Of a stretch of 57,211 bases of DNA, positions 38,301 through 48,198 are shown one piece after another (position 1 is the first letter of the stretch; every line of letters starts with the position of its first letter). The DNA lies in the NCBI GenBank assembly GCA_036630325.1, contig CP142734.1, positions 1,054,001 through 1,111,211 on the forward strand, read 5' to 3'. The notes below the pieces were generated by a model. That model made no database searches, was not told the DNA's origin, and saw only the letters and a list, made by a program, of their open reading frames with translations. This DNA comes from Vairimorpha necatrix (lineage: Eukaryota). The translations under genes were made by a program, and so were the position numbers.

Positions 38301-39610
38301 CAGATAATATTGATAAAAAGGGCAATTTATTCTTTTTAGATGGACCAGCTGGATCGGGGAAGACGTATTTATACAATGTCCTGGTTGAGTATCTAAGTAA
38401 GAATGGGAAATCTTCAATTCAAATGGCAACCACAGGTATTGCTGCAGATCTGCTAAAGGATGGAAGAACAATGCATAGCTGTATGAAACTTCCTGTTCCT
38501 TTGACAGAGACCAGCGTATCTAGATTAAAAAGAAATACTCCTGAAGCAGAGAAAATAATAAAGGCCTCATTATTGCTGATAGATGAAGTTTCGATGATGT
38601 CAAAACATGCATTGGACGTAATAGATGAGGTGCTTAAAAGACTCTGTAATAATAATGATATCTTTGGAGGGAAGACTTTATTATTGGGTGGTGATTTTAG
38701 ACAAACATCAACCATTGTAATGAAGGGTACTCCAAATGATATCATCGAGAACTCATTAATTAGTTCAAGACTTTTGGTACATGTCTGTGTACTAAAGCTT
38801 GAAACGAATATGAGATCTTATAATCAATTGGAGTTTAATAAGTGGTTGTTAGATATAGGCGAGGGGCGTACTAGAGATAGTAAAGGATGTGTGGAGATAC
38901 CCAAAGAATATCTTGAAGAAGGGAACATAGTCGATAACATTTTTGGAACAATCAAAATTGAAGCAGGTGATGATTCTTTGTTTGATAAGATTATCTTAAC
39001 GAGCAAAAATGAACATGCAAATGAATTGAATGCCAAAGTGATAAACCTACTTAATGGATCTTCGAGGGTATATGTGAGTTCTGATGCTATAGAATCAGAG
39101 GATATCGAAGAACAACTGAGATTTCCTCTTGAGTTCTTGAACATGCAACAGCCATCAGGACTACCTCCACATAAGTTAGTATTGAAGACAGGGGCAATAG
39201 TGATGTTGTTACGCAATATTGATCCTAAGAATGGATTATTAAATGGGACCAGATTAAAGATAAAAGGTCTTAAAGATAATTACATCTTAGGTGAAATAAT
39301 AACAGGAAGGGGAAGGGGCACCCTTGCTGTTATACCAAAAATAGACATGATGCCAAGTGACACTCTTCTTCCGTTTGTACTTAAAAGAAGACAGTTTCCT
39401 GTGGTATTGTCATATGCGATGACAATACATAAAGCACAGGGACAGTCTTTTGATAAAGTAGGAGTATACTTGCCTGAGGATGTATTTTCTCATGGTCAAT
39501 TATACGTAGCTTTGTCAAGAGTGAAGAAGAGTGAAAACTTGAGAGTCAAGTTGGGGGGAAACAGGGGCAATGTCAAAAATGTAGTTCTACATGAACTAAT
39601 TGGCTCATAA
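35318..39610 (+). CDS. Helitron RepHel transposase (HUH Rep + PIF1-like SF1 helicase), 1430 aa, intact
   Basis: N-terminal CGFC...CC motif. Rep motifs DLFITMTCNPNW, EFQKRGLPHAHIL and KYIFKYIYKG. Helicase motifs GPAGSGKT, LIDEVSM, GDFRQ, TIHKAQGQS and GQLYVALSRV. ccccatt precedes the ATG. Confidence 0.97.
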   Translation: MFTKNQTKNDCSKQPKANVTISQEISSNTENNNVVFYEAKTSVNSTKNKKTNAGETKKRNSIFSFSSENKTAQETEETIMRINNTKMDALTEILDVACRISTRNHAEHYCGDLKEECGFCGALHFAGEASSNGLYKSCCHFGKVKLQRTRDFPDDIKNLYIGKNKDAKNFRDNIRSYNAALSFASLGAQIETVSNGPYVFKIHGQVYHNTYNVNNMDSNTPKKYAQLYVVDSDMANAQRMTNPSNRNCNIYIMSKLDGFIRSANPYSDAYKNMSEVIKEQRELGKEVKDISMVFNKNLERDQRRYNAPSTSEIAMIFTDPNGEPPFERDIKVYSKGLSSDNLHLDILSSHLDPMTYTLFYPHGEAGWNANLRIESYHGESQKISLLQYKVAQISIRKDKFNPLLYGGKLFQQWIVDSYLQVEANNLNFIKLNQKKLRVDLYKGLVDYINNGIESNAKPVILPSSFQGSPRNMRERYHDAMSIVRNFGKPDLFITMTCNPNWKEIKENLFGGQTAVDRPDLVAKVFNLKLKSMMEEILSGRVFGEVVAHVYSIEFQKRGLPHAHILIMLKDKIRDEERIDKYVSAEIPSPMDNEMLHNCVTKHMIHGPCGLSYLTSPCMENGVCTKEYPKEYNFETKINNDGYPEYRRIRGTEYNVRGNIVTNANVVPYNAYLLEKYNCHINVEVCTSIKSVKYIFKYIYKGFDCAEMRITDNNEIDHFVNSRYVSAPEATWRLMEYKMHGRSHKIHRLPVHLPQEHLISFEEGKEEEAVRLSDLRQTPLLAYFKLNEVDEGAHQFSYSEIPYHYTYKKGEWIRRKNKYSKIITRLYSVSPTEKERFSLRVLLINVKGAKSYEDLRTVNGVVYSSFAEAVEERGLLQDDKEWERALDEAVATESPSIIRALFGYICAFNKPKNTKELFEKYLEDMSEDLDQNSRDEILSRLKDIVNAHGWSLNALGLDEPINYIVKAKTISDNGKDLDQMISSLNAKQRDAFDKITDNIDKKGNLFFLDGPAGSGKTYLYNVLVEYLSKNGKSSIQMATTGIAADLLKDGRTMHSCMKLPVPLTETSVSRLKRNTPEAEKIIKASLLLIDEVSMMSKHALDVIDEVLKRLCNNNDIFGGKTLLLGGDFRQTSTIVMKGTPNDIIENSLISSRLLVHVCVLKLETNMRSYNQLEFNKWLLDIGEGRTRDSKGCVEIPKEYLEEGNIVDNIFGTIKIEAGDDSLFDKIILTSKNEHANELNAKVINLLNGSSRVYVSSDAIESEDIEEQLRFPLEFLNMQQPSGLPPHKLVLKTGAIVMLLRNIDPKNGLLNGTRLKIKGLKDNYILGEIITGRGRGTLAVIPKIDMMPSDTLLPFVLKRRQFPVVLSYAMTIHKAQGQSFDKVGVYLPEDVFSHGQLYVALSRVKKSENLRVKLGGNRGNVKNVVLHELIGS

Positions 39611-39625
39611 GAGCAATAGATGAAG

Positions 39626-39730
39626 AAATGCGCCGTGAGCGTACAAGAACTATGCCATTTTTTTAACAAAAACAAGATAAAAGATGGTAAAATGCGCCTT
39701 GAGCGTACAGAAACTATGCCATTTTTTTAA
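39626..39730 (+). repeat. Two ~40-bp direct repeats in the Helitron 3' UTR
   Basis: aaatgcgcc.tgagcgtaca..aactatgccatttttttaa at ~39626 and ~39690. Confidence 0.9.
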
Positions 39731-41276
39731 AGAATAAACATAATGTGATAAAATTAAAACATGTACCCATGCAAACACAAACAACCCGTTCTTAGAACGG
39801 GTGTGCATACGCTAGTTTTACTTTATAAATTAATTAAAAAATATACAATCAAAAACTAAACAAAAATGTTAATTACTCTTTATTCAATGATCTTGTTTTG
39901 AAATTTATTATTAATTTTTCTTTGTCTACAGAGTAACAACTCAATTAAAAAGATGACCAGATAATATTTTTTGAAATACAATACGGCCTTTAAATTTTTT
40001 AAATTCCTTTGCTTTTTTTGAAGAAATTCAAAATTTAATTAAATTTTTACTAAAAATCAATCGTAATGTCAAAATAAAATATTTTTTCCAAAATAATAGT
40101 TACAGTTGTAAAATTTTAAAAGTTTAGGAATTCATTATTTCTAAACCATATTATTATTGTGTACATATATATTAATATTTTAAAATCTTATTTGCATTCT
40201 TCAGAAATCTAAACATTTCTGGAAGCATACATTCAGTCTAATGTGATAAGAAAACTCCAGAGTATATCTCTTTGGAACGAAGAATAAGATACGATGAAGA
40301 TTATGCAGAAGAAGAAGTAACTAGAGCTGTAAGCGCAATTGCAAATCTGAAGAATGTTGAACAAGCGATGTCGGTATAGGAGAATGAAGCTAAAAATTTG
40401 GAGTTGAAAAACATAGATAATTCCACAGAAACCAAAGTCTATGAAAAGCCGAATCTCGTGAGCGATATCTGGGAAGCTGTGCTAATCTAACCATAATGAT
40501 AAATTTACTCAATAAATCTTTTATATGTTGTCAACACTAAACACAAACATTGGCGTACTTACGAATGTAGTAACGACCATGCAATTTTCGTTTGATTGTG
40601 TGACCCAACTTGACATGCCATCCGAAACGGTTGACATATTTTTGACATCTGTCCATGTGTTGTAGTAATGTACATCACAGTATTTAAGAAAAACAAAATC
40701 TCAATAAAGAATATTAGTTAAATCACATAAATATGTTTTTATTATTTTGTAGTTGAAATTATTAAAAGAATGTAGGTCATATATAGTTGTAGTAGATCAA
40801 ATACTTATCAATCATATTCTTACAAATGACAGTTTTGATTTGCTGCAAAAATTATTTAAAAACATTTACTTTAGAGGGTTTGAAAAATTAGAATAACAAA
40901 ATTGCCAGATATAATAGAGAAATTGAAATACGATGCCAGTAAATCATAAAATTTGCGATCTCTTATGAAAGTATTTTGTCTATAATATAGGATATATACT
41001 CGTTTTTGCCGTGTAAAATGTATATTATTTTTTAGTATAACATGTATATATATTAGAAATGTATATTCGGATCAAAGAAAATCTTATATAATTTTATTTT
41101 ATATAAGAAAGCATAGAACTAATATTGTAAATTGTTCTATTATTTGGTTAAATCGCTTAATGATCTTTCAATCTGACTAATATGAAATGTTTCTTTATGC
41201 ATAGAAAGAAATCAAAAATTAAAGGAAGTTGAAAATATAATTGGTTTTCTTAAAGGATAACAAAAAATTAAAATAA

Positions 41277-41348
41277 TCGTGCTTGGCAGAATGGTCGCAC
41301 CTTGATTTAGGATTTCGAAGGTCCAAGGTTCAATTCCCGGTAAGAAAA
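41277..41348 (+). pseudogene. Degenerate tRNA-like sequence (tRNA pseudogene or SINE head; anticodon loop reads AGG)
   Basis: A-box-like tggcagaatggt and B-box ggttcaattccc at tRNA spacing, aggtc variable loop and ttAGGat loop. Acceptor and T stems are mismatched. Confidence 0.5.
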
Positions 41349-42039
41349 AATTTAAATTTATTTTAAGTATAAAGATATCTACTCGCGGACATTCAGATGT
41401 CACTAAATATAATATTTCAAAATTGATAGACATAACAAATATTATTAAAAGTATCTCTTGTAATGAATTGAACATTAATTTCTTAAATATATTCACACTT
41501 TAAATTCTATTACATATAATTTGTCCTTCTGTGTTTCAAAATCCATGGTTGTATATTCTATAGGGATCAAAAGCCAATTATGGCACTCTTGATGTAGAAA
41601 TTTATGAAGTTTGTTTTTATACAAACAAGATATAGTATAAGATGGAGATCTGTTCAATTATTTCATTAGTTACAAAGAAGTTTAATAAGTTTGCTTTTAG
41701 TGTTCTGTGTAAGAGAAAGAGCCATCTGGGATCTAGATGATTTATTTTTATATAGACATTATATTAATCTGATAAATCTATACAGAGGTTTTAAAATCTT
41801 CATTTTAATATATTTATCGATTTAATGACGCATTTAGAGGCTTCAATATAAAAATATTCTTACCAAATCAAATCCCAATGGTTATGTCGGCGATAGTGCA
41901 GCGCAAGTATTTGGTAGAAGTTAAGTGAATTTTAACACCCTATATCAATTGGATTGTTAACTCAATTTCTTTTGAGTTCATGTATAATACTCCTGATTTC
42001 CCTTACTTGCCAAGAATACGAAATTTTAAAGTAAATAAA

Positions 42040-42480
42040 GGCTAAAGTCATAATTTTGTTTTTTGAACTTCCAAGTTTTTAATTTTCAAGGATGACAAGT
42101 ATATATATTCAAACATCAAGAATAAGAATAAAATCATGAAAAAATAAATTATCTAAAACGACATAATTTTGATTTTCTTTTTTCATCGATGACAAGTATA
42201 TATACACATTTTTAAAAAATAAGAAGCTGATAAAAATCATGAAAAAATTTATGTCTAAAATGTCATAATTTTAGAGTTTTGAAATTTTCATTTTATAAAT
42301 GAGGAAAATTATATATACATATATATATATATATATATACAATAAGACAGAAAAAAAATCATGAAAAAATAATTAGTCTAAAATGAAATAATTTCTAATT
42401 TAAGAGATTTAAATTTTAGATTTTCCAAACTTGACAATATATATACAAATGTAATAAGATGAAGAAGAAAATTATGATAA
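42040..42480. repeat. Degenerate tandem repeat, ~4 units of ~100-125 bp
   Basis: Recurrent gatgacaagtatatata...aataaga...aaaatcatgaaaaaat...tctaaaa.g.cataatttt. Confidence 0.8.
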
Positions 42481-45400
42481 TTAATTGAGGAAATTAATCC
42501 CCCAAAATAATTCATTACAAAAGAACTTAGCTATATCATGAAGGCTTAAAAGTAATTATTTTTGACATTTTAAACAACCAATTAATTATTATAAAGAGAC
42601 GTATTTGTATATGTATATATATTAAGAAGAGATAATAATATCGACAAGACAAAAATAATATCATTAAAATTAAGAATAACAGTATTATAAGTAAAAACTT
42701 CAAAAGTAGACTTAATATTCTTTGCGATTGAAAAATTATAATTATATCTATCACTTGCAAACAAAGTAAAGTTAGTATGTATAATAGAGAAACAACTTTA
42801 ATTAGTTTAATCGTTTATATAACAAACATTGTTAAAAACATTGTTTTCGAAAAATTTATCATATACCCGAACTTAGATAATTAAAAAAAAATTTATTCCG
42901 AACAGATTCCAATTAATACTACATAATTGAATAATCTATGTGTGATAAATTATTTGCACACTGAGACGTGGCCTGCCCTGAGGATTAGCTATTATTGACT
43001 GGCACATCGATAGACTGAAGAAATGATTGACTTTATATGGCAAAATGAGCAGGTATATATATGTAATAAAGACATATAAAGATTTAAATAACAAATGTTT
43101 TCTGTGTTTTAAATATCTCCAATTAGTCATTAGCATTTTATTTAAATAAGACACTTTTAGGGAAAGACTAGGAAAGATTAATTATTAAGGATCGAAAAGC
43201 ACAGAAATGAACAATTTAAAAGAAAACAACAATATTCCTTTTTTAGGGCGTAATCAACCTCAAGGTCTATATATAAAATAAAATAAAAATTATATGATAC
43301 TAGAAATTCAAAATCTCAACAAAATTTATAAGCTTTTACTAAGACATGTGTAGATATGATTAAGATGCCAAGTGCTTAATATAAATATACTAAGAAATAA
43401 AAATCTTGGTAATAAATTCATATTTATTGCAACAATCAGATGTATCTATGTATAAAAGAATGAATACCCCAGAATCAAGTCAAATAAATTTTATTCTTAC
43501 AGACTTACTAAAATTAACGATAACGTTTTAAATGATATATAATAAGAAAATATATTTGTTTCTCAGTTATGAACAATATCGATTAATTAATAAATAAAAA
43601 ATATTTCGTATGCAAAAAGAATAAACAAATTATAGTAAAGAACCAAATCAATAAAAAGTAAGTATTGTAAACAATCAAACTTTTGTTCTCTTTGTCAAGA
43701 TAATGCTAAAAACCTAAAAAAAATAAATGACAAATTAAAAAATAGAATTTACGTATCTTATATATTCTATAAATATAATGTCAGTAAAAGATATAATTAT
43801 TAATATTTTATAGGGTGGATTAAAGTAATTTTGATCTACAATAAAAAAAAATAAGAGAAATTTTCAGTTATAAATGATTATAAAATAAACAAAAGTTAAG
43901 AAATAAAAAAAAAAACAGTTGAAATAACGAAATTATAATTATTTGTGATTTTGATTAAAAATAAATCATTTTTTTACAACATATATACAATAGAGTAATA
44001 TAATTCCGCAATTTAATATTTGATATGTTTAGATTTAATTACGTCAACATTTTATTGTGAGATTATATAATCTTTACAGTGAAAAAATTTCATTTTGGGA
44101 TACTATATTTTTTGAATATTCCAGTGATGAAAATATTTTTCATAAGATGGGATGAATGCTCATTTAAATATAACCTTTCTAAAAAACAATTGAATAGATA
44201 TATTTTTGAATCACACCCCCTAATAGATATACTTTCTGTTTGCAAATAATTAGAATATCTAAATCATTTATATTTCAAATAGAGAAGAGTACGATAAATA
44301 TAATAGAAAAGAAAACAAATAAAAAGATTACAGATCAAAAAATAGTTATAAAACTGTACGCTAAATCAAATTTATTCGTTTACATTAGATATTATACAAT
44401 GGATTTAATAATTGCAGACATAAATTTTGACTGAACCTTTATGGGATTGATTTGGTTGCAAATTTAATTTTTATAAAAAATGCACATATTTTATTTATGT
44501 TCTATAAAAAAAAAGTAAATTGACATTATATTCACATTATAAGTTACTTTAAAAATATTTTGACAAAAAATTATGCAGAAAAAACCAATTAACTTGTTTC
44601 GCCCTTATTTCTAATCTCTAAAAGCAAATTCCGTACACTAATTTTTTTTTGGCAGAAAAACAAATCCCTAGGTGAAAGATTATCGAAATGTTGTTTTTTA
44701 CAAAAACAATTGGATAATATGGTTAAGCCATTTATAATATTAAAGGCGAGAAATTAATTTTTACAAAATAAAAGAAACAATTTCTTTGAAAAACAGTCCA
44801 ATATTTATAAAAAAGAATCATAGCTTATTTCCTCGTTTAAAGGACAAGGTTCTATTGTATCATTACTAAATTAGTAATACTGTCATTGTTTTTTTGTTCC
44901 GTAAATTCTAACCTATCTTCTATTGTATAACAAAACATAAGGTTACACATTTGATAATCTTTATGAATTGTTAGTTTGAATATTGTACTGTTTCTATAAT
45001 AGAGATGTATTGTTTTAATAAATATCAGTTGTAGATAAAGTCTAGATCTTAAGTAATATTGAAGTTACCTTATAAAACCTAGATGAAATACGCTTAATAC
45101 GTATAATACATGTCGAATTAATATAATCAACTTGTTTTAAGGTTAGAATATTAGTAAAAACGCTTAATTCAAGGTATCTGTGTAAAATTAAAAATAAGAA
45201 TAATTCTTAGTTAAAAATACATTATGTTAAAATATAATAATTTGAAGTATTTATATTTTTCAATTATTATTTGTAAATGACAAAAACGGATCTACAATAA
45301 AAATATAATACAAGGATCAAAATGATGCAAAACTAACACACTCGTAAAAATCAAAAACAACTTGCATTATAGGCATAAAACTATCTATGTAGAAATTTTT

Positions 45401-47464
45401 AAGTTAATGAATTTGAATATAAATTTTGCATAGCAATATATATATAGAGTGGATAAAAAAATATTATGTTCAAAACAAAATAACAAACACTTTTTCGAAC
45501 AGAAACATAATCAAGAGTGTAATATAAGGAAAGTTTACATATAGAGTATTAATAAACTAAAAACTAATGTTCTATATAAATTAGAGATATATTATATAAA
45601 AAATAATAAGTAATTCTGTATAAAGTAGCTTTTAATATTAAATTTTAAAATTATATTTTTTGTAGTAGACAATGAATATGTAGAACATTTTGTAAATATT
45701 TATGAGATATAAAATGATATCCAGTCCTTTATCTTGAAGATTAACGAAACTAATAAAAAAAACATGGTAACCAAGCCTTTAAAACAATGACTTTCTAATT
45801 TCAGGTTTTTTGAAAAAACTTTTTTGTTCCCCGCACGACGAAGTTTATTTTTGAAATCATTAAAAAATTTTATGTAACAATGAGCTTCAAAAAATACAAA
45901 AATAGAACTTTACTATTAATGAACAACTTCACTTACAACTAGAAATAAAATTGATGTTTAAATCGACCGTGTTTTCAAAAAGAGGCCAGTTTTTTAAAAA
46001 AACAATCTCGATGCAGTGTTTAATGAAATTTGTTAATGGTGAATTAACGTCTAAAGAATTTTATATAGGAGCATCTTCATTTCTTTTATACGATTCTATA
46101 TCCCCAATTTCCAAAATTCGAATAACTGGTGGTCAAAGAAGTTTGTAGAAAGCAGGATCGAATTATAGTAATGTTAGAAGTCGCGTAAAAGATTCGTGTA
46201 ATGATAAGTGTTATTTGTGTTAGTAAATTATGTACATGGTTTTGCAATTTAGAATTTATTTAAATCTTAGTTTCTTATAAGCATTGAATCTTGACGATGT
46301 AATATAAAGATAGATAAAAACATATGTTCTGAAACGAAAAAAATTTACAATATGTACTTTCTATAGTTTGTATGAGAATTCAAATCGGTATTTATCAATA
46401 AACTACCTATACTAAACGTATGAGGTTAAATTCATTGCTAACAAAATTCTATGTAATGGTTCTCTCTTATCTTGCATGGAAAAAAAATAAAAATCAAGAA
46501 GAGAGTAATATTATGAGAAAAGAAGAGAATGTCTAGAAATAATATCTAATGAAGGATCATATACGTGTACGAAAATTTTATAACAATCGAAAAGCGAATT
46601 TATAATATAAGAAATTTAGCATATAATAAAATTTGAAAGTTTGTGCATACGGTAATTAAATGCAATTACATATCTGTCAATTAAAGTATATATTGACACT
46701 GATACAGACAAAGTTTAATATCAGCTTTGAAAGTCTTTATTAGTTTACATTTAACTTTAGATAATATATTAGTAATAAATAGGTACCAAATTATAATATA
46801 AACTGTTTAATAGATTAAAGATGATCAGTTAAACAAAATATTTCAAATGTAAAGTTATAAAAAATTAGAACATTATATTAATACCTAATTAAAGACTGTC
46901 ATTCTATTATAATAAATAATTTTAATGAGTTTAATAAATAAAAATATCATAAAAACGTATATATGATATAAATTTTTAAAAATAAATAAGAATGATTATT
47001 TTATATATATATATATATCAGTAAAATTTAGAATTTAGTACAAATAAAAATATATTCAGAAAAAAATGTTGGCCATGTAAAAGAAGGTGTGTAGTAATTT
47101 GGTAGTCCGTAATGAATTTTGCTTTTTTTTAATGATAAAGATAATTAAAACAACGGATTATATTACAATAAATACTAAATGAAGGATAAATCATCAGATC
47201 AAGCCTTGTAGAATTCTAATATTTTTTATCGATGCCAGGTTCATATTAATCTTGTCAATTATATTTAATAAAACTAATCTTTTTGTAATATTTAATTTAT
47301 ATATTTTGGGATCTGAAATTATCTTCATTTAAGGAAAAAATTTTAAATATATTATGATTAAACAAAAATAATATATAAAAAAGTAAATAAGATAGTTTAT
47401 AGAGTATAATAAAGAAGATACATATATATTTAAATTAAAATATAATATAATATTAATATTGTTG

Positions 47465-47775
47465 TGTTATATAAAATAAAAAATAGGTTTAACTATCAAA
47501 TGCTCAAGAAAGTAGAAGCATACATCAAGATGATTAACAGAGAAGACAAACAAAATCATTCCAAAGACTACCGAAGAGATATGAAGGTTCCGATTTGAAA
47601 AGGACTAAGAGTCGAGAAGCTGCCCACAAACAGGAGACGCCAACGCAGAACCTATTCAGAATATACTAGAAAGTAAAACACCATTAGCATATCCCGTTAT
47701 AATTCATTTTAATTAGAAAAATAATAGTAATTATGTTGTATATATTTGTAAAGATTGTTTATATATATTATAACA
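47465..47775. repeat. Dispersed repeat family A, copy 3 (solo-LTR-like, tgttata...tataaca)
   Basis: Core aaaggacta...cgagaagc..cccacaaacaggagacgccaacgcagaacctat...agcata; inverted TG...CA ends. Confidence 0.6.
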
Positions 47776-47838
47776 ATGGTATTTATTATGTTATTTTCTG
47801 AAAAAAACTATATTTTTTTCTTATATTAAATATGAATT

Positions 47839-48198
47839 TGTGGTATTATTTACCACATTATTATATTTTCCTCCAAATGAATTTTCTAGAATTTATTTTT
47901 ATATAAATATTTTCTTTTTATTTTTACCCCCACCAAAATATGTCAAGAAGAACAGAGGAGTCTAGAAATCAGCAGTATCAATCACTGCATCCCCAGAAGA
48001 GGTAAGATAAAGCCCAAGGAGGCAGATTTAATAATACAACTTTAATTATAATAAAACTTTAATACCCGGAAGAAGCATTATAGAATGCTATCTGAGGAAC
48101 GCCCAACTCCCGGGTAATACCTCAGAATTAAACATAAAAACAAGAAATAAATATAGAACAAATTAATAATTTTTTTTTCTTTATGGAGTATCTACACA
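47839..48198. mobile_element. Second solo-LTR-like element, distantly related to 10737-11077
   Basis: Begins tgtggtattatttaccaca (compare tgtagtattacaaataccaca at 10737) and ends ...ctacaca. Similar length and a GC-richer core containing ccgggta. No TSD seen. Confidence 0.4.

Larger units (their letters stand above)
35318..39815 (+). mobile_element. Autonomous Helitron (5' end upstream of 35318, not defined)
   Basis: 3' hairpin acccgttc-tta-gaacgggt at 39784-39802, then CTAG at 39812-39815 followed by T: a canonical Helitron 3' terminus. Confidence 0.92.

Noticed and set aside
35285-39216. Minus-strand ORFs within RepHel, and antisense ORFs within the Ty3 and R4-like elements
   Set aside because: Antisense shadows of real coding sequence, with no motifs of their own.
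42939-43153. Possible further solo LTR (TG start with hairpin, aataaa, CA end)
   Set aside because: No TSD, no second copy in the window and weak terminal complementarity.
47940-48005. ATG after a cccc motif (MSRRTEESRNQQ...)
   Set aside because: Closes after about 21 codons and lies inside a repeat-like element.
48092-48125. CTGAGGA as a hammerhead core
   Set aside because: No GAAA follows a stem II, and the segment pairs with cctcag instead.
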